Virus record (IMG/VR): IMGVR_UViG_3300042563_002400
Span: 1-29,047 of that record
Reading direction: 5' to 3' (one strand)
Length of the DNA stretch: 29,047 nucleotides
Source of the DNA: a virus
Lineage: Duplodnaviria > Caudoviricetes
Positions 15,926 through 27,200 of this stretch are shown in pieces. Within the stretch, counting starts at the first letter, position 1. Every line of letters starts with the position of its first letter. A program made the position numbers and the translations under genes. Below the pieces are notes generated by a model. It saw nothing but the letters and a program-made list of their open reading frames with translations, ran no database searches and was not told the DNA's origin.

Positions 15926-18900
15926 ATGCCAAATAGCCCATTATCATTTGCGTCAACATCATCGTTTAGAAACGCTTTATTAAGTAAAAACTTATCACCA
16001 TATGGTGTTACTGGTGTTTATTCCCCATCATCATCTGATTTAGATACTGAAACAGTATTAAGCGCATTTAATGTAATTGATTCACCAAATGAATTAATTG
16101 CGGAAGATACTTTTGCTGCTCAACTATATCCATTAAATCAGTTTGGACCTAATGAAGGGTATAATACTACCATAGATTATAATGGAGTTCCACAACCGGT
16201 TAATTCAAATCAAGGTGAATACTCACCTGATGACACTGCCTTAGATTTAGTAAATGAATTTTTTATTGATAGTGCTTATGTAAATAATTATTTTGGTCCT
16301 ATTGGGGGTTATAATGATATGGTGGAAATAACTAATAATGGTTATTTAGGTGAACCGTTACATATTCCATATAATTCAAATTTTGTACCGTCAACATATT
16401 CTCCGTATAGTATTTTATTAAGTGATAATCCTGATGGGGATAATGGTTCATTATCTCAGGATTCTTATATGGCTAGATTGGCCTCTCAAAAATTAAAAGA
16501 ATCTTTCCAATATAGAATTGATAGAGAAATTTTTATCAATACTGTTGGTATAGTTAATTTACAATCATTACAAGACCCTTTTGAGGCAAGTTTATTAATA
16601 TCGGGACAACAACCTTTAATTTATAAAGATTGGACAATTACGGTACCTGAAAACCCTATTGTTGGGGCAATTGATTTAGTTACTAAGTTAGCGGGGGCTT
16701 ATTGGCCGGTTTCATTAATACCGGGAGACTATTTTGATGATAATACAAAAAACGGACAGACACCACAAACTTCAAATGCTTTAAATGTTGCGAATCAATT
16801 AACAGGTGGTTTATTGTCTCCAATATTAAATAAAAAAAGAAATCCTTCTGAGATATTTTTGGCTAATACCGGAAATGGTCAAAGGTCTTCATTATTTAAT
16901 AATCTTGAATATAATAGATATCAGCCAGGGTATAATGGTCAATATGGTGGGATATTAGGGATTGGTCAAGCAATATTTGATGCAGTATTAAATAGTAATG
17001 GAACTTTAACAGGTGGTTATTATGTTGGTAGTAAAACTGCTGAACCTTCAACAATTACTTCACCGGCAAATCAAGTTCCGGTAAACGCTTTTGGTCAACA
17101 AACAGAATCTCCTGTATATGGGCCATCGGAATTAGGTATTTTATTTGAAGGAAATTCAGATTTACTTAATTTTGGTTTAGCGGCTAAATCATCGAGTGAT
17201 GAAGGTGGTCTTGATGGTGGTTTTGTTTGGACATCTCCAAAATATAAACCGGCTGCGGGATTTAACGCAACACCTGGCGGTGGACAGGGCTCGGCTGATG
17301 ACGGATTTAATCTAATTAGTAGTAACTATACAAGAGATGAATCAACAAATATAACATTCAAAGAAACTTCTATTTTAGATGAAACTCAAAGATTAGTAAA
17401 TTCTGCGGATAACGTTCAGGGTGTTGCAAGACTAAAACACGTTGGAAATGCGATTAATCAAGTTAGTAAAGTATTCCACGATGGTTATAAAGAAATGACT
17501 AAAGGTTCTCAGGTGGTATCATATACTGACCAAACAACCGGTGGTGAGGCGGGTATTGAATATTGTAGAGTATTTGCTAAAGACACACCATATTATACTT
17601 ATGCTGATTTACAAAAAACTGATGGTATAACAACGTCAGGGAGAAGATTTACAAATTCGGTATTAGATAACACATTTAACCTTAATATTGCTCCGATGAG
17701 AAATCCGGGGTCAACAAACATTGTTCCGGATGGTGACGAACCGTTTGATTTGTTAGGTAGTGGACGAGGTGGTTATGCTAAAAAATATATGTTCTCAATT
17801 GAGAACTTGGCTTGGAGAACATCAAGTAAACCTGGGTTTACTTACGATGAGTTACCTGTATGTGAAAAAGGTCCAAATGGAGGTAGAGTTATGTGGTTTC
17901 CACCATACGACCTTACTTTTTCAGATAGTAGTACTGCTAGTTGGACACCTACCTCATTTTTAGGTAGACCGGAACCAATATACACATACAAAGATACTAA
18001 AAGAAGTGGTACATTAAGTTGGAAAATTATTGTTGACCACCCATCGATTATGAATACTATTGTTGAAAAACAATTAAAAGGTCAGAAAAAAGATAGAATT
18101 AATTCAATAATGGATTCGTTTTTTGCAGGATGTGTAAAATATGACATTTATACTTTAGCTCAAAAATTTAATACGATTCCAATTAAAGATTTATATACGT
18201 ATCAAACAATCTTAACAAACCCTAAATCAACAGAACAGGATATTAAAAAAGCAAAGGATGAAATTGGTGTAGATAATACAATAAATAATAAAGAAGTTCC
18301 AAAAACAAATCCTGATACGTCATTAACTGATTTTGAGAATAGGTATAAAGAATATGCGTTTTATTTTGATAATGATATTCCGGGACCTCCAAAAAAAGGG
18401 GCAACAACGGCAAGTAGTACTTTTCAAAATGATTACGCCAAATATGTTGATAGTTTATATCGAGAATATTATCAACATACTGCTGATGGATTATTTAATC
18501 CTGGTTCAACAAGTCGAAATACTAAATTATTTTTTGAAACAGTTATAATTCCAAATTATAAATTTATAACAGAAGGTGAGAAAAACTTTTTTACTGATGC
18601 TCTTGCTATTTTGAAAAATAAAAAAGGAAATATTGTTATTGATATGATTGCGTCGGCATCGGCACCAGCGTCACAAAGTTACAACGTTGATTTGTCTAAA
18701 AGACGATATGATTCTATTATTAATTTTTTAAAAACATTTTCGGTTGGAGGTGAAACTTTATCTAAATATATTGATGATAAATCGTTAACAATTAATACTG
18801 TTGCCGCAGGAGAAACAATTTCGATACCTGTAAGTCCATTAGGATTAGGGTCTCAGGTTAATTGTACTCAAGATATCAAGGCGGAAATTAACCCTAATAA

Positions 18901-20902
18901 AGACACAAATAAACAAGCACAAGTTTATTCAGTAAATGCTATGGCTTGTAGACGTGTTAAAATTCAAAATATTAAAGTAACTCCTGCACCAACACCGACA
19001 CCTGTACCGGAACCACCGGTGGTTGTTCCTCCATCAACAGGTTCAACAACACCACCACCACAACCCGTCGTTACAATTCAACAAAAAATTAAAGAAGGTA
19101 TTACTAAAAAAATTATTAGACAGATGTTATCTGAGTGTAATTATTTTGAAGCGATTAAAGAGAGTTCACCTATGGTTTATGATTCAATACAGGATAAAAT
19201 TAAATATTTTAACCCTGCGTTTCACTCTATGACACCTGAAGGATTAAACTCTCGTTTAACTTTTTTAAATCAATGTGTTAGACCGGGAGAAACAATTCCA
19301 GTAATTGGGACAGATGGTAAACCAAAATATAATGATGCTGCAAACACTGCATTTGGTGCTCCACCGGTATTAATATTAAGAATTGGTGATTTTTATAACA
19401 CTAAAATAATTCCAAATAGTCTTAGTTTTAGTTATGAACCATTACTTCTTGATATGAATCCTGAAGGAATTGGAGTTCAACCAATGTTGGCTAAAGTGAC
19501 TTTAAATTTTGATATGATTGGCGGTATGGGATTGGCAAAACCTGTTGAAGAATTGCAAAACGCATTATCATTCAATTATTATGCTAATACTGAGATATAT
19601 GACGAAAGAGCAACTTGGACAGAAGATACAAGTGCGTTAGATGCTCAAACAGTACAAGCGATTGTAGGTGCACAACCAACGGTTAGTTCAAATAATGTTG
19701 ATAATCAACAAACAAATGATGCTGGTACAACTATCGGTGAAATTATGACTACGGTACCTAGTGGTGATGGTGATATTGGAGATATTAATTATAAATCAAT
19801 AATGGATAAATTATTGGAAGTAACTAAAGATTATTACACCAATATTGTTAATCAGGCTGAAAGTACAACAAAATCATATAACGATGGTATTTGGCAATTA
19901 ACTTGTAAATCAAGACAATATATTAATGGTGAATTTACAATTCCAAATCAAACTCAAAAAGTGGATATTTTTGGTAAATCAACATTTCAAGCGAGTATTG
20001 ATGAATTATTTACTAGTGTAAACGCAGATATTGATAGTGGTACAAATATATTAATAGTGGGATTAAAAGCCTTACAATATAATGATGAAACGGTTATTAA
20101 AAGAGTTAAAGACAATTTAAAAAAATATGTTAATGACTATAAAGCGGAATTTAGTAACGGTGTTGCTCAAATTGTTAATAATATAACACAACAAGAACAG
20201 ACAATGGTTCAAGTTTTTAGAAAAGTTAATTTAGTTACGACATTAACGGATGGTTTAATTATTAATAATTTAGGTCCTAAAATATATAGTCTTTCAGGAA
20301 CATCTGAAGTTGATAAAGCAAGTCCTGGTCCACCTTCAAATACATTTGAAGAGTTATGGAGAGATTTCCAATTAGTGGGTGCTAAATTAATGTCTTATAA
20401 TGATTTTATTAGTAACCCAACACAAGGTGTTATTCCAAGTAAAGTTTATGACAAACCAGGAAGTTTCACATCAAGTTCAACATCTTTTGATGATACTAAT
20501 TTAAGTGATAAAAGTTTCTTTATGATTATGGCTCAAATTTTTAAAGATAAAAATAAACTTCAAAGTTTTAAAACTACAATAATTTCGGGTGACTTATCTA
20601 AAATAACATCACCAAGTAGTTTGACAAAACAATTTGATAAAATATGTGATTCATTTAAAGATAGAGTAGTTAAAGAATTGGATGCGGAAACTAAGAGATA
20701 TGTTAATATTAAGAAAAACGCGGAGTATGTGACATATCTTAAAACGACTGCTTACAATAAAGGAAAATCACGTAAATTTACATATACGACAACACCTAAT
20801 CCAACAACTGTTGCTAAACAGAGTACTGATTTACAATTATTATATAAAGGTAATAACAATGGTGACAAAACTATTTGGACAGATAAAACACAATTTAATT
20901 AA
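15926..20902 (+). CDS. Large baseplate/tube-initiator protein (gp48/gp54-like) with inserted OmpA-like domain
   Basis: Tube-fold motifs MWFPPYDLTFSDSSTASW...FLGRPEPIYTY...RSGTLSWKI and PPVLILRIGDFYNTKIIPNSLSFSYE flank an OmpA_C-like segment (FYFDND...ASASAPASQSYNVDLSKRR...AAGE...CRRVKI) and a Pro/Thr linker. Confidence 0.65.
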   Translation: MPNSPLSFASTSSFRNALLSKNLSPYGVTGVYSPSSSDLDTETVLSAFNVIDSPNELIAEDTFAAQLYPLNQFGPNEGYNTTIDYNGVPQPVNSNQGEYSPDDTALDLVNEFFIDSAYVNNYFGPIGGYNDMVEITNNGYLGEPLHIPYNSNFVPSTYSPYSILLSDNPDGDNGSLSQDSYMARLASQKLKESFQYRIDREIFINTVGIVNLQSLQDPFEASLLISGQQPLIYKDWTITVPENPIVGAIDLVTKLAGAYWPVSLIPGDYFDDNTKNGQTPQTSNALNVANQLTGGLLSPILNKKRNPSEIFLANTGNGQRSSLFNNLEYNRYQPGYNGQYGGILGIGQAIFDAVLNSNGTLTGGYYVGSKTAEPSTITSPANQVPVNAFGQQTESPVYGPSELGILFEGNSDLLNFGLAAKSSSDEGGLDGGFVWTSPKYKPAAGFNATPGGGQGSADDGFNLISSNYTRDESTNITFKETSILDETQRLVNSADNVQGVARLKHVGNAINQVSKVFHDGYKEMTKGSQVVSYTDQTTGGEAGIEYCRVFAKDTPYYTYADLQKTDGITTSGRRFTNSVLDNTFNLNIAPMRNPGSTNIVPDGDEPFDLLGSGRGGYAKKYMFSIENLAWRTSSKPGFTYDELPVCEKGPNGGRVMWFPPYDLTFSDSSTASWTPTSFLGRPEPIYTYKDTKRSGTLSWKIIVDHPSIMNTIVEKQLKGQKKDRINSIMDSFFAGCVKYDIYTLAQKFNTIPIKDLYTYQTILTNPKSTEQDIKKAKDEIGVDNTINNKEVPKTNPDTSLTDFENRYKEYAFYFDNDIPGPPKKGATTASSTFQNDYAKYVDSLYREYYQHTADGLFNPGSTSRNTKLFFETVIIPNYKFITEGEKNFFTDALAILKNKKGNIVIDMIASASAPASQSYNVDLSKRRYDSIINFLKTFSVGGETLSKYIDDKSLTINTVAAGETISIPVSPLGLGSQVNCTQDIKAEINPNKDTNKQAQVYSVNAMACRRVKIQNIKVTPAPTPTPVPEPPVVVPPSTGSTTPPPQPVVTIQQKIKEGITKKIIRQMLSECNYFEAIKESSPMVYDSIQDKIKYFNPAFHSMTPEGLNSRLTFLNQCVRPGETIPVIGTDGKPKYNDAANTAFGAPPVLILRIGDFYNTKIIPNSLSFSYEPLLLDMNPEGIGVQPMLAKVTLNFDMIGGMGLAKPVEELQNALSFNYYANTEIYDERATWTEDTSALDAQTVQAIVGAQPTVSSNNVDNQQTNDAGTTIGEIMTTVPSGDGDIGDINYKSIMDKLLEVTKDYYTNIVNQAESTTKSYNDGIWQLTCKSRQYINGEFTIPNQTQKVDIFGKSTFQASIDELFTSVNADIDSGTNILIVGLKALQYNDETVIKRVKDNLKKYVNDYKAEFSNGVAQIVNNITQQEQTMVQVFRKVNLVTTLTDGLIINNLGPKIYSLSGTSEVDKASPGPPSNTFEELWRDFQLVGAKLMSYNDFISNPTQGVIPSKVYDKPGSFTSSSTSFDDTNLSDKSFFMIMAQIFKDKNKLQSFKTTIISGDLSKITSPSSLTKQFDKICDSFKDRVVKELDAETKRYVNIKKNAEYVTYLKTTAYNKGKSRKFTYTTTPNPTTVAKQSTDLQLLYKGNNNGDKTIWTDKTQFN

Positions 20903-20904
20903 AA

Positions 20905-21231
20905 ATGGCTGGAAGACAAAATTACAATAGATACAACGAATTTTTATTAAATGGGCAACAAACAATTGTTCCCCACGTTTCATTGCCAAGTAAATCTACA
21001 GATAAAAGATATATTTACAAACTTGGTCAATCTAGATTGGATAAAATATCACAACAATATTATAGTTCACCAACATTTGGGTGGTTAATAATGGAGGCAA
21101 ATAGTGTTTATGGTTGTGATGAGTGGTCTATTCCGGATGGAGCTATCTTGACAATTCCATTTCCTTTAGTAGCTTCTCTACAAGATTATAAAAATGAATT
21201 AGATAACCACTTCTTTTATTATGGTAGATAA
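20905..21231 (+). CDS. LysM-like baseplate wedge protein (P2 gpX / T4 gp53-like)
   Basis: YIYKLGQSRLDKISQQYYSSPTFGWLIMEAN...IPDGAILTIP matches the LysM/gpX consensus. Confidence 0.8.
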   Translation: MAGRQNYNRYNEFLLNGQQTIVPHVSLPSKSTDKRYIYKLGQSRLDKISQQYYSSPTFGWLIMEANSVYGCDEWSIPDGAILTIPFPLVASLQDYKNELDNHFFYYGR

Positions 21232-24200
21232 ATCAGAAAATATATTAGTAGAGTTTGACTACAACAACATTACAATAATAGACCCAAATAAGGTTGTAGA
21301 TAAAGATAATAAAGTAAAAGAACGATACGTTAATCAAGAAGATTTGGTGATGTATGCGAACTTAGAATGCAATATATTACCAAGAACTAAGTTGGCGATT
21401 GGTACCGCAAATAATGATGCAATTAGAACTGTATCGATTGCTAAAATTAATTTTTTAAATCCGGGAAATAAAGGTAAGTTAGATAATTCTTACACTGATG
21501 AACTAACAGGTAAAGGAACTCTTCAAGGTAAGGGTGTTAATCAAAACAAATTAAACTCAGTTCAAAATCCAAATAATAGTGATGATTATTATATCACACA
21601 AACAATGATGTCTGATGGAAAACCGGGGTCTGTTGATAATGGATTATTAGGTATTACTTCAATTCAAATTAGACAAGGTTTAGATTTTTTACCAACAATA
21701 TCGATGAGATTAGTTGATATTAAAGGTAGGGCGTTATTTGAGGCGGGAGATAATTCGCCTTACGCGGCTTTCTTTAATTTACCATATCCTTTATTTCATT
21801 TAACTATTAAAGGTTATTATGGTAAAGCGGTTAGATTGGGGTTAATGTTACAAAACTTTACAACAACTTACAATGCTGCTGACGGTAATTTCCAAGTGGA
21901 TTTAACTTTTTATACTTACAAATATACAGTATTAACTGAAGTTACTATGGGTGCTTTAATGGCGACTCCACATATGTACCAATCAAGATTAAAAATTCAA
22001 TCATCTAAAGGTGGTCCAAGTAAAACATCAAAAGTTGAGGACTTAATTGTTGAAAGAGGATATCAAAAAATTAGAGAGTTATACAGCGAATATAAATCAA
22101 AAGGAATGATACCTGATGATTTTCCTGAAATTACTTTAATCCAAATGAAAGAAAGAATTGAGAACTTTATTAAAAATATTCTTGATTCATTTACTAAACA
22201 AAATTTAGACCCATTAACTGATTTAGATACTTACGGTAGTCAATTACAAGATTACCAAGGTAATGTTTTCTATTATTCTCCACAATCTTGGTTTAACAAG
22301 TATATGGATACGGAGAATTTCTTTATGTTAAATAAGTCTGGTGTTAAAGTGTATACGTTTAAAAAAGAGATAAACACTTCTCAAAAAAAGAGTGACGCTA
22401 TTTCAGAACTTAAAAAATTAATTAACGAAAATAACACTTTATTGGGTAAAAATAAAACTTGCGGGACAAATGGTAAGTATTCAATTAGTGGTAAAGAAAC
22501 CCCTTGTACTATATCTAATAGTATTAAGTATGAAATTTTTCCAAAACAGGTTCAAGTAAATGATATTGATTTTACTGAAACATATAAAGCTCAAAAAAAA
22601 TCAAGCCAACCAACTGATTTGGATATTAGTAATTTCAAAGCGGATTTGGTAAAAAGTAATACATTTAATAGTTTAGAAATAAACAATACTGATGGTCAAA
22701 ATCAAGTTAAATATAACTATTTTGTGTTTGAAGGACCTGGTAGTTTTATCGATTTAATTGATAAAATCAATAAAGATTTAAAGACAAAAAGAGAAGAAAT
22801 TCAAGAAAAATTAACAATAGCCTTATCAGAATTATTACAGAGTAAAGATAACGGTATTGGATTTGTACCAACGATTAGAAACGTATTGGCTGTCGTATTT
22901 GCGAATGGTGAGGCGTTTTTACGTTTAATGGATGATGTTCATACTAAAGCTTGGGCTCAAAGAGATAATAAAATTAGAAAAAACGTTGTTTTTAATAAAC
23001 AAGTTGCCGGAGCAAGTGCTGATAATAAAAATTCAGGGGATGATGTTAATCAACCAATATATCCTTGGCCTCAAGTTATCAAAGAAACAACAGGTGAAAA
23101 TGGTCAAGAAAAATATGAATTAAGATATCCGGGTGATAATGATATTATTGGAGAAACTAAAGGATTTTTAAGTGATGTTTGGCCTGAAATAGAATTTGTT
23201 GAAGAATTCTTAAGGGCTCTTGTTGAAAAAGAAAAACCACCATCACCATTCACACCTAGTTCAAATAGTTTAACAGAACCTAATAGGGTTTCGTTAAACG
23301 CTATTGAATTTCCTATAGGTAATGAGGTGTTCAACAACAAACAGGATGTTAAATTTTTCTATGAAATATATGAACGAGTTTTATTTACATCACACTACTC
23401 AAGATTAAGTAGAGCGTCCTCGAATGTGGGGGATACAAATAATATTACAAACGTTATTGCGGAAGCGGAAACAACTAATATTAAAACAAGTTTAGGTACA
23501 GATAACCCTTTTTTAATTAAAAAATTAAAAGAGTATGGTTTTACTGGAGATAACTTTGAACGTGTTTTAAGACAAATATCAAATGAGGGTATTGGTGAAA
23601 GTTGGCAAAATTATATCAGAGGTATTTTTAATACAACTTATATTAAAAATACGGTCGATAATTCCGGATTTGAATTTATTAGTTCGGATATTTTAACAGA
23701 AAGTTCATCTCAACCTTTGGTTTCGTTAAATAATGAGAATTTAGTTGTTCAATACATTACCAATTCAACAACATCTAACAATGTTGATTTAGAAGACATC
23801 TATCCTTTTACAGACACTAAGTGGATAAATGGAGGGTTAGCTGATGGAGGTAGTTCAAATTATAACTCTGCTTTCAATACAACTAAGGGATTAACGTACA
23901 ATACAAAAAATAAAGTTATTTCAAATTTTACTGACGCTAAATCAGTTGATGTGAATAGACCAATAACTAATTTTGTCTATAAAACAATTAATGCTCCGGT
24001 TGTTAATAAATTGGAATTAAGTAATTTTTATAGTACAAGAACATATGACGCTCAACTACCAACAGAAGGTGATATTATATATCATAATTATAGTGGTGGG
24101 GTAAGTACTTATCAAACAACATCAATGTTTAATACTCCTTATTTTATTAATTCAATTCAAGAGGGTGTTAATAAATTTAAAAATAAAGAATTATACCCGT

Positions 24201-27200
24201 ATGTATCTTCGGCATATTTGTTTTTAAATAGTTTACCATTAACGACTTTACGTGAGAAATCAAAAACATATGAGGGTAGTTCTCAAAAAGATTTAGATTA
24301 CCTTTTTGCAACATTAAAGAAATTTGGTGCGGTTCACAAAATGCCTTACGCTTGGATATTGAAGATGGGTTCTATTTGGAATAGATATAAAACATTTACT
24401 AATAGTGGTGTTGATATTTTAGATAATTGTTGGAAAAATTTTGATGCAAATATCAATTATGACCCGGTTAATTCAGACCCTACTAAAATATATACGTTTA
24501 CAATACCGGGACAAACAGGGTCAACTAGTGTTGTTTTACAAAATACTGTGGACACAAGTTTCCCATTATTTTTCTCAAATGTATCTGCGGACACAACTAC
24601 AATTAACACCGGATTTTATCCAAAATTAATAAATGACTTCAACGTATTTTATCAAGGGTTTGAGGTTTATTCAGGGTATACTAATGCGGACATACAAAAT
24701 GGGTTTAATAAAGGAGTAACATTAAATAATGTTGTTGATAGTGTTATTAATGGTTCAAATGGTGTTGCTACAGGTTCCACTAGATTTATTAAAGTCATTC
24801 CTTGGTCGGTATCGGTTAAAACACCGGATAAAATATCGTCATATATAATGCCTTCACAAGGTTCATTATTCAATCAAACATTTAATGAGTGTTTTACCCC
24901 TAATGGTACTCTTCAAATTGAAGTTACCGGTAACACATCTATGTATAATGGTTCTGTTAGATTATTTTGGTCAGCACCAAACTACGGATATTTTGATAAT
25001 ACAAAATTAGTGAAACCAACACCAAGTCAATATTTAAAACAAATATTTACGGGTCAAAGTTCTCAACAAAATTATTCATTCAATGGGGTAACTAATGACT
25101 ACACAAATATTAGTGAAATGTTTTCGGTTTTTGAAAAAAATGTGTTAGATAAATTTGAAACAGAGTTTTTAAAATTTTCTAAATCAATTTATACTTTTGA
25201 TGAGAATGAATCTGAGGTTGATACTGATACTGAAAAATCATTTGGTAATTTCCAAAAATTAATGACAAGTATGATGGTGGTACCAACCGTAAATGGTTTA
25301 AGTAGTGATGGTACCGTTACGGATATCCAAACAAGACAATTAACTAATTTATCAAACCTTATTACAAATTTCTTAAATTATGACGTTGTGTTTAAATATG
25401 GAAATCCGGGTGGGTTTGATAAAAGATTATTTTATACTTTCTCTAAACACCCTATTACGTCACCAATTACTTGGGATTATTATACATCTAACACAGCAAA
25501 TGGTCTACCAAGTCAAACAACCTTGGCTTTATCACAGACAACATATCCTGATGCTTGGAATGCTTTGAAAACTTATGTTGGGTTTTCAGATATACCTGAA
25601 TTAGTTTATAAAGATAGTGGTTCTTATATCACAGATTTTTTCATTGATTGTAATGTCGCGTTTACTGTTGAAAGTATTACGAACTTATATCCAATTATTA
25701 AGATTTATGCTACACAAAAATTAAAAGACCCTACATTGAACTATGATAAATTTATCACATTAGTTAATGATTACTTAACAAGTATTGATTCTTTTAATAC
25801 CAAGATTTTGAATAATTTGATGATTAAGATTCAAAAAGAATTACCAAATGTTAATGATACACCTCAACAAAAAACTCAAAGTGTTTTAGATAGTAATCAA
25901 ACTAAAGTTGAGTTATGGGAGTCATTCAAAGCAACGAATGATAAATGGATTGCGGGTAATGATTTCAAAACAAAAACGTTATTTGAAGATATATTATTAT
26001 TGGATAGAGCAAGTCGTGATGTTGGAGACAAAATATTGGTTGATGTTATCAAATTAAAAGATAGGTTAACCGATATTAATGTTAAAACAAATATGTTAAC
26101 GTATATTCAAACAATATTAGTTGAGAATAACTTTGTTGTTATGAATATCCCATCATATATTAACTTTTATAATGTACAAGACGCGGTTAAAAACGCAAAA
26201 CCAAGTCCTGAAGGAACGTTAGAATTTGCTAATACAATGTTTGGTACTTTTTTAAATGTTGATTACAGAAATTCGTCAGCAAAAATGGTTTGTTTTTATG
26301 GTGGAAAACCAAGTGAACAATTAGATTTAAAAAATAACGTTGATTATCGTTTTAGAAATGACGCATTTGATTTAAGACGTGCAAGTGATAACCCATTATT
26401 AGAAAATCAAATTGGTAAAAAAGATTGGGATAAATCAAACAAAGTTGTTGGGTTTAATGTTGATATGGGTCCTCAAAATCAATCAATTTTTCAAGGATTC
26501 AATGTTTCTCAGAACCCTGGTAAATCAACTGCGGAATCATTAGAAGTTATTAATCAAATGGCTAATCAATCGGGTAATAGAGGTGGTTCTACTCAAAGTA
26601 CTTCATTATATAATGTGTATAAAAATAGAAGTTATTCTTGTACTATTACTATGATGGGTAACGCGATAATCCAACCAACAATGTATTTTAATTTAAGAAA
26701 TGTTCCAATGTTTAGTGGACCATATATGATAACAAGTGTTAATCATACAATTACTCCGGGTAATTTTGAAACAGTTATTGAAGGTATTAGACAACCTACG
26801 GCATCATTACCTAAGGTTGAAAATTATATACAATCTCTTAAAACAACATTGTTAAAGACAATTACTGATAAACTCTCACAAGAAAAGGCTGATAAGGTAA
26901 AAGCGTCGTCAACGGGAACTACTAGTAATTCAAACATTAAAAAACAGAAAGAGGAAAAGGTTAAAGAATTAACAAAGAAAGGTGGTACCAAAAGTGATAA
27001 TACTCAAACGTGTAAACCAATTAGTAATTATGATAAATATACTCTTGACAAACCTTCGGCAACTACCGTTAATTATAATGATGTTATTTCGTTAATAACT
27101 ACAAATACTGATAATAGAATTAGATATGCAGTTTTTGCTAAAATGTACTTGAGTTCGGCAAATGGGTCTCAGTTAAAAACAGTGGCACATAATTATAGTG

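Noticed and set aside
18980-19070. CCA/ACA-rich repetitive tract
   Set aside because: It encodes the Pro/Thr linker after the OmpA-like domain and is not an independent repeat.
2595-25568. Short track ORFs nested in or antisense to long genes (2595, 3097, 5142, 6716, 10178, 12408, 13195, 17760, 18333, 19023, 22932, 23104, 24441, 24667, 25380)
   Set aside because: They are wholly or largely overlapped by well-supported genes, have shadow-frame composition and show no recognisable motifs.
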